A DNA stretch of 64,000 nucleotides from Candidatus Ratteibacteria bacterium (GTDB lineage: Bacteria; Ratteibacteria; UBA8468; B48-G9; JAFGKM01), in the NCBI GenBank assembly GCA_046296715.1, contig JBKBIN010000001.1, positions 1-64,000 on the forward strand, given 5' to 3'. Below, one piece after another: positions 18,029-27,818 of the stretch. Each line of letters starts with the position of its first letter. Positions within the stretch are counted from its first letter, which is position 1. The notes below the pieces were generated by a model, which saw nothing but the letters and a program-made list of their open reading frames with translations, made no database searches and was not told where the DNA came from. Position numbers and translations under genes: made by a program.

Positions 18029-20638
18029 TTATATAATTTTCTCTATCACAATTACAAAATTTGCAAAGTCATTTAATTTATCTTCATATTTTTTTAGCAT
18101 AGTTAGAAAGTTCTCTTCGTGCTTTTTTAATTCTTCTTTGGTAAACTTTTTCTCATCAAATTTCCTTTTAATGATTCTTTTTAATTCAACCTCAACTAAC
18201 TCAAATTTTTCTAATTTAGAAACTGCTTCTAAAAATTCATAACCAAAACCCTTAGAAATTTTACCATTTCTAAAAAGACAAATTAAATCATCAAAAAAAT
18301 CTTTATCTTCCCATTTTCCACCAAATCCTCTTTCTTCACCATTTCTTGCAAGAAATGTTATATAAAAAGCATCTCTACCATAATCACTTTTTGCCTTCTT
18401 TTTCGCTTCCCTTGCTTTATTTAAAGCTAAACTGAGTGGATACTTATGATGAACAATCACTATTCCAGCACTCATAGATGCCCTATCACTAAGCACTTCT
18501 TTAAAAGTTTTTTGTAAATTATAAGCACAGTCAAAAATTTTTTCTAATGGTAAAAAAGCAAGGACATCATCACCACCTGCATAAATTAGTTTTCCAAAAT
18601 ATTCACCTTCTACTATATCTCTTACTTTACTCAAAGCAAATTCAGTTAATCTCCTTGAAAAATTTTGATGGATTGACGCTGAAATTGGATGTTTTAAACA
18701 GAGGAGTTCTTGAAGTTCTTCTTTATCTTTCCCCTCAGAATATTTTAATAAAGCATCTTTTGTTTTTTGATGTAATAAATCTTCTATTTTTGGCATTTTT
18801 TCTCCACTTAACCACTTACCCATTTCATCTCCATCCATCATAAGAATCGCATAATAGGTAGGAGGCTTGGGGAACCTATTTTCATCACTTAATAGATCAA
18901 AAATTTCATTTATTTTCTTCTTTACTTCGTTATTTATATCGCTTATCCCGTATTCCTTTTTTAAATACTCCTCTCTATATGAACTTTCAAAAAACCATTG
19001 CCCATCTATTTCATAAAGGGGATGCCCTTTTAAAGCAGGAACACTTTTGGATTCAGGAATATTTTTGACTTTCTTTTTAAACGCTTCAAATTTATTTTTA
19101 AAATCATTTGCTAAATCTTTATTAAGATTATATTTCCACATTATAGTTGCCATCTCTGATGTAGAAGGGAATTTTACTTCTTCTATCTTTAACTCCTTAC
19201 TTATAATCAAAGGAAAAACTCTTTTTATAAAACAAACACCACAAAGCTTTTCTTTCTCTTTTACTATTCCTTTTTCTAAACTTTCCCAGTTGATTTCTAA
19301 AACATCATAGTTTCCACATAAATGACATTTTTCACCTTTCCGCTCTCCGATATCTTCAAATTTTCTATACATTTTTCTTGACGCTAAAAACTTTTCTGTT
19401 AATTCAAAAAGTAGGGAATAAGCACAGCCAACATTAGAAGTGATTTCGTTTTTATCCTTTTTAGACCTATAATATGGATGCTCACTTATAATTTTAACTG
19501 CTTTATAAATTTCATTTTCACCAACTAAATCTTTATATTCATCCAAAACTGTTTGAACATCTGTGTAATTTGAATTAAACCAGGGAAGATAGACATAATA
19601 TATTTGGAAGTAATTTTTTAAGTGCGATTTAATTGTGCTTTTTATTTTATCTTTAATTTCAACGCTTTTTAGTTCTTCAATTTCACTAAGTTTATCAACC
19701 CATTTATCGAGCTCTCTTATTATTCTATCTTTACATCCCTGAGCGATATCTTTTGCTTTTTCAAAAGGAACAATTGCAAAAAATCTATTTGGGAAATTGG
19801 CAATGGTCAGATATTCATCTAAACGAGCATTATCAACAAACTTTTTAAACCATTCTTCATGTTGAAATTTTTCTACAATCTGTGTATCTTTAATTTTTTC
19901 ATAAATCCATTTATCAACAAGGGGATTTCTCAAAAGGTTAGGATAAATAACATTATCGGGTCCGAGCTCTTCTAAGATAACTTCAATTGCCTTATAGGTT
20001 AAATAAGATAAAATATAGCTTCCAGCCCAAAGGTCGGATGTTTTTCTTGCTGTTGAGATAAACTCCTGGACAGGTCCAATTGTAAAAAGTAAGAAAGCCG
20101 GCTTTGGTAAGGTAGAGACAATTGCAGAAGTCTGCACGAGATGGTCATATATAGAATGATTTGGTGCTCTTGAATCTGCTGGATGTGTGTTTATCCAGGG
20201 AAAAATTTCTGGTAAAAAGCGCCAGAGTAAAAGGAAATATATTTTTGCGCTTTCATTCTCTTCTCTAAAGGTGCAATGAGCTATTTTATCAAAAAATTGG
20301 ATTACTTCAAATTCATCAGATGGCTTTTCATATTTTTCAGTTTTCAAAGAAAAGGGGTCAATGAATATAATTTCATCGGTCGCTGGTTTAGTTTCTTCGT
20401 CAAAATTCTTTTTTAACTTTTCATCTTCAAATTTTGGACTTACAATAATTCTACTTATTGTAGAAGCAAGATGGTCAGCAGTTTTAACATTATTCTCTTT
20501 AAGAGATTCATATGTATAAAATTGTTTAAAATACTCTTCTGCCACTTTTTCATAAGACTTCGTCAACTTCCACATTACATATTGCTTATCAATGGGGTCA
20601 TGAAGAAGAGCTTTTAGTTTTAGTTTGTAGTCTGGCAT
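18029..20638 (-). CDS. cmr2: Cas10/Cmr2, type III-B
   Basis: ALLHDP, PADSRAPNHSIYDHL, GPVQEFISTARKTSDLWAGS, CHLC/CGVC, MDGD, YAGGDD. Confidence 0.96.
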   Translation of the reverse strand: MPDYKLKLKALLHDPIDKQYVMWKLTKSYEKVAEEYFKQFYTYESLKENNVKTADHLASTISRIIVSPKFEDEKLKKNFDEETKPATDEIIFIDPFSLKTEKYEKPSDEFEVIQFFDKIAHCTFREENESAKIYFLLLWRFLPEIFPWINTHPADSRAPNHSIYDHLVQTSAIVSTLPKPAFLLFTIGPVQEFISTARKTSDLWAGSYILSYLTYKAIEVILEELGPDNVIYPNLLRNPLVDKWIYEKIKDTQIVEKFQHEEWFKKFVDNARLDEYLTIANFPNRFFAIVPFEKAKDIAQGCKDRIIRELDKWVDKLSEIEELKSVEIKDKIKSTIKSHLKNYFQIYYVYLPWFNSNYTDVQTVLDEYKDLVGENEIYKAVKIISEHPYYRSKKDKNEITSNVGCAYSLLFELTEKFLASRKMYRKFEDIGERKGEKCHLCGNYDVLEINWESLEKGIVKEKEKLCGVCFIKRVFPLIISKELKIEEVKFPSTSEMATIMWKYNLNKDLANDFKNKFEAFKKKVKNIPESKSVPALKGHPLYEIDGQWFFESSYREEYLKKEYGISDINNEVKKKINEIFDLLSDENRFPKPPTYYAILMMDGDEMGKWLSGEKMPKIEDLLHQKTKDALLKYSEGKDKEELQELLCLKHPISASIHQNFSRRLTEFALSKVRDIVEGEYFGKLIYAGGDDVLAFLPLEKIFDCAYNLQKTFKEVLSDRASMSAGIVIVHHKYPLSLALNKAREAKKKAKSDYGRDAFYITFLARNGEERGFGGKWEDKDFFDDLICLFRNGKISKGFGYEFLEAVSKLEKFELVEVELKRIIKRKFDEKKFTKEELKKHEENFLTMLKKYEDKLNDFANFVIVIEKII

Positions 20639-20652
20639 AATTTATCTCCTTT

Positions 20653-22011
20653 TTATATATTGTTCAATAGTGAATTTTTTATTTTTTCGAGGCTTTCTTG
20701 GGTATACTTGAAATAAAGTTTTTCATTACATTTTTTTACTTCAGTAACCATTCTCTCAAACCCAGCATGAGCAAAGAAATTTCTTGGGTTAAATTCACCA
20801 TCTTCACCATAAAGGAATTTATTTAATAATTCCCAATTCTCAGAAACTTTATCAGCTAATTTTTTAGATTCTTTATCTTTACCTTCTTCAAGATTACGTA
20901 TCTCATTACCAATAAAAGCGATGTTTAGGTTGAGTCCAAATATTTCATAGATACCCTTAAACTTTTCTATTTCCTCAAGATTTACACCGGAATCTCTATT
21001 TGGTTTAATACACTTATCTTTAAAAATTCTTATGATTCCTTCATAAAAACCTAACGAGAGCAATGTTTTCAAAAAGTCATCCTTGGGTAACTGCGGGCCT
21101 TTTTTCCAATTCTTACTTAATTTTTCCTTTGCCCTCCCTATTATCTCTTTAGAGAATTCTTCAATAGAATTGATTTCATCAAATTCAAAAGTATAATTTG
21201 CAAGTGGTGTAGCATTTTTAATTGCTGAGAAATGAATAGCAAAGTTGGTAAAATATTTTTGAAGTTTCCTCTTAAATTCTCTATTATCTTCTCCAAATAA
21301 AACATTAGTTATGTTTCTGGACAATTTATAATCATCAATGTCCTCTTTTTTTATAGGTGAAGAAAAGAAAGCTTTAAATTTTGTTTCTACTTGGTGGATT
21401 TTATAAGAACTGGCAGATGAAACTAATATAGGATCACTAAAAGCTTTATAAATTTTACATTTTGATTTATCATCCCAATTTTGTAATTGATTAAAAACTG
21501 AAAAATGTCTTGCTGCTTCCAGCAATGCAGATACATAAATGTTTAAACCACTTGAAATATCCACATAAAGTTCATCAAATTTATCTTCAAAGTATCGTTC
21601 TATCATATCAAATAAAATTTCAAGCACAATATCATCATAAGAGGCTTCAAATTTCACTCCCTCATATTCACCAATTGAATGAATTATGATAAAATCGTCG
21701 GCAAGTTTAGAGTGCGGATGATTATTGAAAAACTCTTGTGGGTTCTCTAAATATCTATTCCTTCCTTCTTCATTTTCCAAGATATTTTTAATTTTGCTCT
21801 TAAAATTATCATCTAATTGAGATTTATCACTAATTAAAGTTCTATTAAAAGACAAACTAACGGAATAAATCAAAACCACCTTTGCATCATTTCCAAAGTG
21901 TTCCTTTAAAACAAATGATGACAGTTCTTTTTCATATTCTCTATTTTTATAAATAAACTTCAAAGGTTTCATTTGAGCATCAAGTCTTCCAATTTGATAA
22001 ATCAATTTCAT
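20653..22011 (-). CDS. csx1: Csx1-family CARF-HEPN ribonuclease
   Basis: CARF DISSGLN (DxTHG variant); HEPN RNFFAHAG. Confidence 0.88.
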   Translation of the reverse strand: MKLIYQIGRLDAQMKPLKFIYKNREYEKELSSFVLKEHFGNDAKVVLIYSVSLSFNRTLISDKSQLDDNFKSKIKNILENEEGRNRYLENPQEFFNNHPHSKLADDFIIIHSIGEYEGVKFEASYDDIVLEILFDMIERYFEDKFDELYVDISSGLNIYVSALLEAARHFSVFNQLQNWDDKSKCKIYKAFSDPILVSSASSYKIHQVETKFKAFFSSPIKKEDIDDYKLSRNITNVLFGEDNREFKRKLQKYFTNFAIHFSAIKNATPLANYTFEFDEINSIEEFSKEIIGRAKEKLSKNWKKGPQLPKDDFLKTLLSLGFYEGIIRIFKDKCIKPNRDSGVNLEEIEKFKGIYEIFGLNLNIAFIGNEIRNLEEGKDKESKKLADKVSENWELLNKFLYGEDGEFNPRNFFAHAGFERMVTEVKKCNEKLYFKYTQESLEKIKNSLLNNI

Positions 22012-22334
22012 TCAAACTCCTCCCTTTTTATTAAATCTCCAACTTTAAAATCTTTTGTATGGCTTTCTATCACTACTGCACCGTTTAATCTTGGGTCAAA
22101 TATTGCAATAGCCTTTGTGGGATGATAAAAATGAATTAAATATCCATATAACCATATTGGACCTCTTCCTGATAGAATTATTATATCTGACGCAAAGCCA
22201 GCTTTCACATGGTCGGGTGGCTTTAGATTACTTAAATCAGAAGGTTCAAGGTCTTTTAAAAGTTCAAACTCAATCAATGTAAAATTGTTTTTATGTTTTA
22301 TGTTAAATTTAATTACATCATTCAAAGATTCCAT
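22008..22334 (-). CDS. csx3: Csx3 (Crn3) ring nuclease
   Basis: ILSGRGPIWLYGYLIHFYH, AIFDPRLNGAVVIESH. Confidence 0.92.
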   Translation of the reverse strand: MESLNDVIKFNIKHKNNFTLIEFELLKDLEPSDLSNLKPPDHVKAGFASDIIILSGRGPIWLYGYLIHFYHPTKAIAIFDPRLNGAVVIESHTKDFKVGDLIKREEFE

Positions 22335-23433
22335 AACCTAACCTCGTTTTTGCCCCAATTCCAAATTCTTTTAGGGCTTTTTCAAGAAGTGGCTTTATTT
22401 CATTTTGCAAGTTATTTAATTTATCTTTAAATTCCTTCAATATGTCTCTTACTGCTAATGGCATAGTTTTTTTTAAAGTTTCATCATCCATTTCCAAAAT
22501 TTTATTCGCCCTAAACTCATCAAATAAAATATTAAATTTAAATTCTACACCTTCTTTAACAGTTAAAAATACTATTGGCACAGGATTCTCCCAATCTCCC
22601 GGCGGATTTTTCTCAGGATCTTCACTATAATACTTTTGATAATGCACATTCATTATATCTAAATCAAAAATTTGGGTGTTTTCTTCAATCACTGGATAAG
22701 CATCAAGAAAGAGCAAGAGCCCTTTAAAGTTTTGAGCACCAAAGAGAAGTTGATATCTTAAAATATCTTTCTCATCAGGACACAAGTCGCCATAAAATTT
22801 ATTCTGAAGCTCATTCAGTTGTTTTTCATTGTTTAAAATATTTTTATTTTCAGCAATCTTCCAAAAAGCTGCCATTCTGCAAATACCTTTTAAAGCGCTT
22901 GCTGGAATGTAAGGAATTCCGTATATGTGATGTAAAGTTAAAGATGTTTCAAGCACATGATCTGAACCAAGTCCGATTATAAGACGAGATGAGGTATGTA
23001 GGGAAAGTGACTCAGGGAAAACATAAATATATTTTTGTTTTTTTAATGCTTCAATTTGAGAGTTAATCTTAGTTTTTAAATTCTCTGCATATTTAGTAAA
23101 ACTATTTTTGAACTTTTCAATTAACTGCTTTAAGAAATACTTTTTACTATCCCCACCAATGCAGGTTTCTTTGATACTGAACCAAACTTCTTCTTTATTA
23201 TATATGTTGTCTTTAATTTCGGCATCTATAATTGGAACATATTTATTCAGGAAAAGAGAAAAATTTTCTATTTCTTTGGGGGATTTTTCAGCGATAAATT
23301 TTTCTTTTGCTTTTTCCACGTTATTGTCTTTAACGGGTATATCGTTACTCCATCTAAAACCCCACCATATTTTACCTTTAATTTCAAATCTTTCATTATT
23401 AGATCTTGTAGAACTAAATTTTTTCCCTTTCAT
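22318..23433 (-). CDS. cmr6: Cmr6 RAMP
   Basis: RLIIGLG, ETSLTLHHIYGIPYIPASALKG, DIMNVHY, GIGAKTRLGYG. Confidence 0.95.
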   Translation of the reverse strand: MKGKKFSSTRSNNERFEIKGKIWWGFRWSNDIPVKDNNVEKAKEKFIAEKSPKEIENFSLFLNKYVPIIDAEIKDNIYNKEEVWFSIKETCIGGDSKKYFLKQLIEKFKNSFTKYAENLKTKINSQIEALKKQKYIYVFPESLSLHTSSRLIIGLGSDHVLETSLTLHHIYGIPYIPASALKGICRMAAFWKIAENKNILNNEKQLNELQNKFYGDLCPDEKDILRYQLLFGAQNFKGLLLFLDAYPVIEENTQIFDLDIMNVHYQKYYSEDPEKNPPGDWENPVPIVFLTVKEGVEFKFNILFDEFRANKILEMDDETLKKTMPLAVRDILKEFKDKLNNLQNEIKPLLEKALKEFGIGAKTRLGYGIFE

Positions 23434-23985
23434 TTACTCCTCCATAATTTTTTTAAATTTCTCAACAAGTTTTTCATTTAAAACCTTCTCAAATTCTGAA
23501 AGCCATTTTGTAATATATCTTGCGTCAATGTTTTTATTCTTCAGGATTATGTTTTTAACATCCTCCATATCTCTTTCTCTACCAGCAACTATTTTATGTA
23601 TAATTAAATCTTCGCAGGAAGCATAGCAAACTTCTGTATCATCAATTTTTATTCTATTTACCCTTTTAAGTGCCTCTTTTTCATATTCTGAAAAAGAAAA
23701 AATAAAATCTATTCTTATTCCGCTTTCTTCATCTATAACGGGCAAAACCATTGTTTTCTTTACAAAATCAAAAGGATTTTCAGGAATTATTTTTAAATTT
23801 AACTCCTTAACAATTCTTTCAATTATTTCATATTTATCAGTACTGACTCCAAGAGTTATATCAATATCCCTTGTTAATCTTGGCTCACCATAGATTAATA
23901 CTGCCTGTCCACCAATTATCATATATTCAATTTCTTTTTTATAAAGCGATTTTGCAACATTTTTAATCAGTTCTTTTAATTCCAT
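23434..23985 (-). CDS. Nucleotidyltransferase (DUF6036/AbiEii-like)
   Basis: IIGGQAV, GEPRLTRDIDI, EDLIIHKIVAGRERDMEDV. Confidence 0.8.
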   Translation of the reverse strand: MELKELIKNVAKSLYKKEIEYMIIGGQAVLIYGEPRLTRDIDITLGVSTDKYEIIERIVKELNLKIIPENPFDFVKKTMVLPVIDEESGIRIDFIFSFSEYEKEALKRVNRIKIDDTEVCYASCEDLIIHKIVAGRERDMEDVKNIILKNKNIDARYITKWLSEFEKVLNEKLVEKFKKIMEE

Positions 23986-24172
23986 TTATAGCCCTTGCAT
24001 ATTTTATATCAATCTCAATTCCTTCAAGTAAGTTTTTAGGCGGAAACTTTTTTAATTCCTTAGCAAATTTCAAAAGTTCTTCAAAGATTTGAATATTTTT
24101 GTTTATATCCACTTTTGAATTTTTAATAAATTCTCTTTCAAATTCCTCAAGCAATTTTTTATCTCTTATCAT
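23963..24172 (-). CDS. Small protein, putative antitoxin partner of the downstream NTase
   Basis: 69 aa; overlaps cmr5 stop and NTase start; FPPKNLLEGIEIDIKYARAIN. Confidence 0.6.
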   Translation of the reverse strand: MIRDKKLLEEFEREFIKNSKVDINKNIQIFEELLKFAKELKKFPPKNLLEGIEIDIKYARAINGIKRTD

Positions 24173-24531
24173 TCCTTTTCTCCTAATTCCACTTCTGCCA
24201 TTCTTTTTAACCAGTTTGCAAATTCCAATATTTCCATTGTCGCAAGACGAAGTCTTGAAACATCAGAATTTACTAATTCCTCAAGTGCATCTTGATTTAT
24301 AAATTTTTTCTTTTTTAACCATTCATTCAAAGTATTATATACTTCTTTTCTATCTCCTTTTGCTTTTAAGAAAGCAAGTGTTGGAATAAGACCATTTGAA
24401 ACTATAAGGGAAGATACCTTTAATGCGTAGGTTTTATATTTATCTTTATATTCTTTATTATTGACTTCTTTAACCTTTTCCAAAGCAAACTCTGCTCTTG
24501 TCTGAGTTAATGTTTTAATTTCATCATTCAT
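24169..24531 (-). CDS. cmr5: Cmr5 small subunit
   Basis: QTRAEFALEKV, LIVSNGLIPTLAFL, WLKRMAE. Confidence 0.92.
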   Translation of the reverse strand: MNDEIKTLTQTRAEFALEKVKEVNNKEYKDKYKTYALKVSSLIVSNGLIPTLAFLKAKGDRKEVYNTLNEWLKKKKFINQDALEELVNSDVSRLRLATMEILEFANWLKRMAEVELGEKE

Positions 24532-25421
24532 GTTTTTACCTCCTTTATTTCAAAGTTTAGAGATTTAATTTGTTTTACACATTCATCATGTTTATCCCAT
24601 TTATTACATATCAAGACAACTCCATAAAAGCCTTTACTTATCTTTTTTATTTGAATAATCAAGGGAGAAACTTTTCTTGGATTCCCAATTGCTATCGCTT
24701 CAACAGAAAGTTTTCTTTTTAATTCTCTGTAAAAATTATCTCTTAATTCATTCATAGCATCTTCCCAACTTCTCCAAAAGTTATTTTTGGGTGGTATGAG
24801 ATATATTGAAGTATTTGAAAGGTTCATAAAATCAAAATCCTGCTTGCTTTGATTAATTGGAAACTGCTTCAGTTTTTTCTTTAATTCTTCTGCAATTTCT
24901 TCTACTCTGTTTCCACTTATCTGAAAATTTTTATTATCCTTAATCATTATACTTCCAAATCCCCTTCTCCATCTTGCCCCTATTCCTCCAAAATTGGTTA
25001 AAAAGAAGAGGGTGTTATTCAGCTCATTTAAAGTTTTATCTAAATTAAATTGAGGTAAAATCCCAAAGTCTATTTCAAATTTGCCAGAGGTATAAGATTT
25101 TCTTTGTATTTTATCATAAGGTCTTACTGCCTCATTTTCACCTTTAGCCCTTCTGTCGTTCATACATAAATAGGCTTCTCCACTTACTAAATCTCTTTTC
25201 TTTATTAAAACTCTTATCCTTGAAGCCAACTCTTGCGAACCCCAAATTTCTCCTTCTTCTTTCTTTAATTCTTTCAACCCTAAACTTGCTCCTTTATAAA
25301 ATCTAAACCACCATCTTAATATTCCTTTTATTGATTGTTCCCTTAATTCAACTTGGTTTTTATCTACACCTGCCATTATGAGAGGTGTGACTATCTCAAA
25401 TTTAAAATTTATTTGTTGCAT
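24528..25421 (-). CDS. cmr1: Cmr1 RAMP
   Basis: IVTPLIMAG, ELREQSIKGILRWWFR, FGGIGARWRRGFGS. Confidence 0.92.
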   Translation of the reverse strand: MQQINFKFEIVTPLIMAGVDKNQVELREQSIKGILRWWFRFYKGASLGLKELKKEEGEIWGSQELASRIRVLIKKRDLVSGEAYLCMNDRRAKGENEAVRPYDKIQRKSYTSGKFEIDFGILPQFNLDKTLNELNNTLFFLTNFGGIGARWRRGFGSIMIKDNKNFQISGNRVEEIAEELKKKLKQFPINQSKQDFDFMNLSNTSIYLIPPKNNFWRSWEDAMNELRDNFYRELKRKLSVEAIAIGNPRKVSPLIIQIKKISKGFYGVVLICNKWDKHDECVKQIKSLNFEIKEVKT

Positions 25422-25444
25422 GCCTTCACCTCATTTTATTAAAA

Positions 25445-26329
25445 TTATGAAGCTTTCACCTTCATTAATCCCATTCCCAAAGTTTCATCGCCACCAAGTT
25501 GGATTATGTTGCCGTTCAATAAATTTTTCATCTCATTTTGAACTTTTTGGGCACATTTTATTTCCTGAATATCTTTAATATCTTTTTTATATGGATCCGT
25601 TATAAACAAAAATCCATAAAATACGCTTTCAGCAGGAACAAGCTCAATGGTAAATAAAGCGCCTTCTGAAACTGTTCCAGTTGTTTGATCAATTCTTATC
25701 CTTGTTCTTATTTCAACAGCATATTTTGTAAAATCCCTAAAGACATTGTCCGAAACAATGGCAAAATGTTTCTTAAAGAAATCACCTTTTATTTCATCTG
25801 GAAGGAATTCAGAAAGTTTATCCGCCAATCCATCAATATTTTGAGAATCAACATCAAAAACAAATTCTTCAAGAGCAACTTTATTGTTATTAATTTTTAA
25901 TTCCGGTTTTTCACAAACAAGAATTTTATTATCATCATTAATTTCAGGAATTTCTGGCAAATTATCTTTTTCAATACTTTTCAATTCATTTTTAAATCTT
26001 TTTAAAACATAAGGACAGGTTATATAGGCAAATACTCCTTTTACAGAACGAACTGGATAAAATAAAATTTTTGCATCGGTAAGAGATATACAAGAAGCAT
26101 ATTCTTCTGCTTCTTTTTCAGGCCCAAAAATAACATCCACTTTACCCTTATCACTCCAGACTCTTTCAGCAAGTGCTCTTATCACACCTTTAATTCCACT
26201 TCCTGCAAGAATTGGGAAATCTGTGTGTTTCTCCCTTTGAACTGGATTGTCAACATAAGAAACACTTGTTCCTGAACCCATATGAACCGGTGTTTGGGCA
26301 TAAAAAGTTAAAATTAATTTTTCTTTCAT
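25445..26329 (-). CDS. cmr4: Cmr4 RAMP (target RNase)
   Basis: TPVHMGSG, VDNPVQREKHTDFP, GSGIKG, QLGGDETLGMG. Confidence 0.95.
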   Translation of the reverse strand: MKEKLILTFYAQTPVHMGSGTSVSYVDNPVQREKHTDFPILAGSGIKGVIRALAERVWSDKGKVDVIFGPEKEAEEYASCISLTDAKILFYPVRSVKGVFAYITCPYVLKRFKNELKSIEKDNLPEIPEINDDNKILVCEKPELKINNNKVALEEFVFDVDSQNIDGLADKLSEFLPDEIKGDFFKKHFAIVSDNVFRDFTKYAVEIRTRIRIDQTTGTVSEGALFTIELVPAESVFYGFLFITDPYKKDIKDIQEIKCAQKVQNEMKNLLNGNIIQLGGDETLGMGLMKVKAS

Positions 26330-26340
26330 ATTGAACCTCC

Positions 26341-27438
26341 TTAAATTTTTGTATAAATTCTTAAATCACAACCTATAAACTCTCCATCCTTTGGATTAAG
26401 CCAAATTTCATTTAATTTATTCCCATCCTTTACTTTTGCATAAATCACACTTCCTGCTACAATTCCTCTTCTAAGTATCTTACCATTTCCACAGTTTTTT
26501 GACTTCATAACTAAATTTGTGCTTTTTATAACAACACTTAAAAATTCTAAAAAAGAAAAGTTTTCTTCTGAAATAAAGGGTGTTATACCGGGTGTTAAAT
26601 ATAAAATCTTTATTACATCATTATTTTTGATTTGTGGTTTTCTAATCTCTAAAATCTCCTCAATACTTTTCTCAACTCTTTCACATTCATAACGAATACT
26701 TCTCATCTCACCACCAAGTTTTAAAACCTTTATGGTATTATTAAATAAATCATAAATTTTATCTAAATCATCAAGTCCTGTATTTTTGAGTTCCTCATCA
26801 TCAAAATTAAATTCTACATAAAAGATTAAATTTATACCCTCTTTAAATCTCACAAAATCAATTCTATACAAAGCATCTTCTTCTTTTGTTACATTTCTTG
26901 AATTATCCATTTTAATTCCAATCCTTGGTTCAAACTCAAAAATATCTCCTTTAAAAACTAAATCCTCTTTTTTAATCTCTTGATTATTCAGCCATTTTTT
27001 AAGCCCATCTATTGTTATAAAAGATTCAAAAACTTCAAAATGTTTATTCCTTTTGTTTTCCCATAAAAGTGCTTTTAAGCCTTGGCAATCAGTATAAGCC
27101 GGATTAATCAACTTAAATTTATCTTTTAAATCTACTCCACATATTTCACCATCTTTTTTCTTTATCTCACAGAGAATATCAAGGGGTTTAGGCAATAAAA
27201 TCTTTCCTTCTTTTTCAAGAAATGGTCCATAAAATTTTCTTATGATTTTTGAGACATTAATTCCTTTTTCAAAATATATTTTGCTACATATAGCACTTGC
27301 AAGAGTATTAGGAAAAGGCGGGAAAATAGAGGATGCTTCTTGCACAGATAAATTAAAGGGTTTTCCTCCTCCAAAATATAAAACATCAAAAGGATTAAAT
27401 TTAAACTTTATCATACTATTTTTAGATTTATCACTCAT
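26341..27438 (-). CDS. cmr3: Cmr3
   Basis: PFDVLYFGGGKPF, FPPFPNTLASAI, EPRIGI, KLGGEMR, YLTP. Confidence 0.9.
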   Translation of the reverse strand: MSDKSKNSMIKFKFNPFDVLYFGGGKPFNLSVQEASSIFPPFPNTLASAICSKIYFEKGINVSKIIRKFYGPFLEKEGKILLPKPLDILCEIKKKDGEICGVDLKDKFKLINPAYTDCQGLKALLWENKRNKHFEVFESFITIDGLKKWLNNQEIKKEDLVFKGDIFEFEPRIGIKMDNSRNVTKEEDALYRIDFVRFKEGINLIFYVEFNFDDEELKNTGLDDLDKIYDLFNNTIKVLKLGGEMRSIRYECERVEKSIEEILEIRKPQIKNNDVIKILYLTPGITPFISEENFSFLEFLSVVIKSTNLVMKSKNCGNGKILRRGIVAGSVIYAKVKDGNKLNEIWLNPKDGEFIGCDLRIYTKI

Positions 27439-27508
27439 TATAATGTTCCAAAGTTTTTATAATAAACTCTAATATATCAAGCAAAAAATTTTTGTCAGTT
27501 CTATGCAT
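27431..27508 (-). pseudogene. 25-codon remnant of a HEPN/DUF86 (HepT-like) toxin gene
   Basis: MHRTDKNFLLDILEFIIKTLEHYNE*; overlaps the MNT stop as HepT genes typically do and resembles the DUF86 N-terminal helix; no RxxxxH. Confidence 0.6.
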
Positions 27509-27806
27509 ATATAATACTTTCTTTTATTTCTTTTTTGATTTCAGGTATCCTAATTGATTCAAGACCATCTTTTGTGATTAAGTCAATTTTTTTCCCAAAA
27601 CTATTTTCAAGAAACTCAATTAAAGAAAGATATTTGTCAAATGTAAGTGCTTCCATATCAAATACCACATATACATCAATATCGCTTATATCTTTTTCTT
27701 CACCTTTAGAATAAGAGCCAAATACCCCTATTTCTTTTATTGCAAATTTTTCTTTAAGAAAAGTTCTTTTCTCTTTAAGAAATTTAATAATTTCACCTAT
27801 TTTCAT
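27501..27806 (-). CDS. Minimal nucleotidyltransferase (MNT/MntA-like antitoxin)
   Basis: GVFGSYSKGEEKDISDIDVYV (GSx10DxD), KIDLIT. Confidence 0.9.
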   Translation of the reverse strand: MKIGEIIKFLKEKRTFLKEKFAIKEIGVFGSYSKGEEKDISDIDVYVVFDMEALTFDKYLSLIEFLENSFGKKIDLITKDGLESIRIPEIKKEIKESIIYA

Positions 27807-27818
27807 TTTTATTTACCT

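Noticed and set aside
18029..27806. SAM-AMP/CorA-type III-B signalling
   Set aside because: No CorA, NrN/DEDD or SAM-lyase gene; Csx1 plus Csx3 point to cA4
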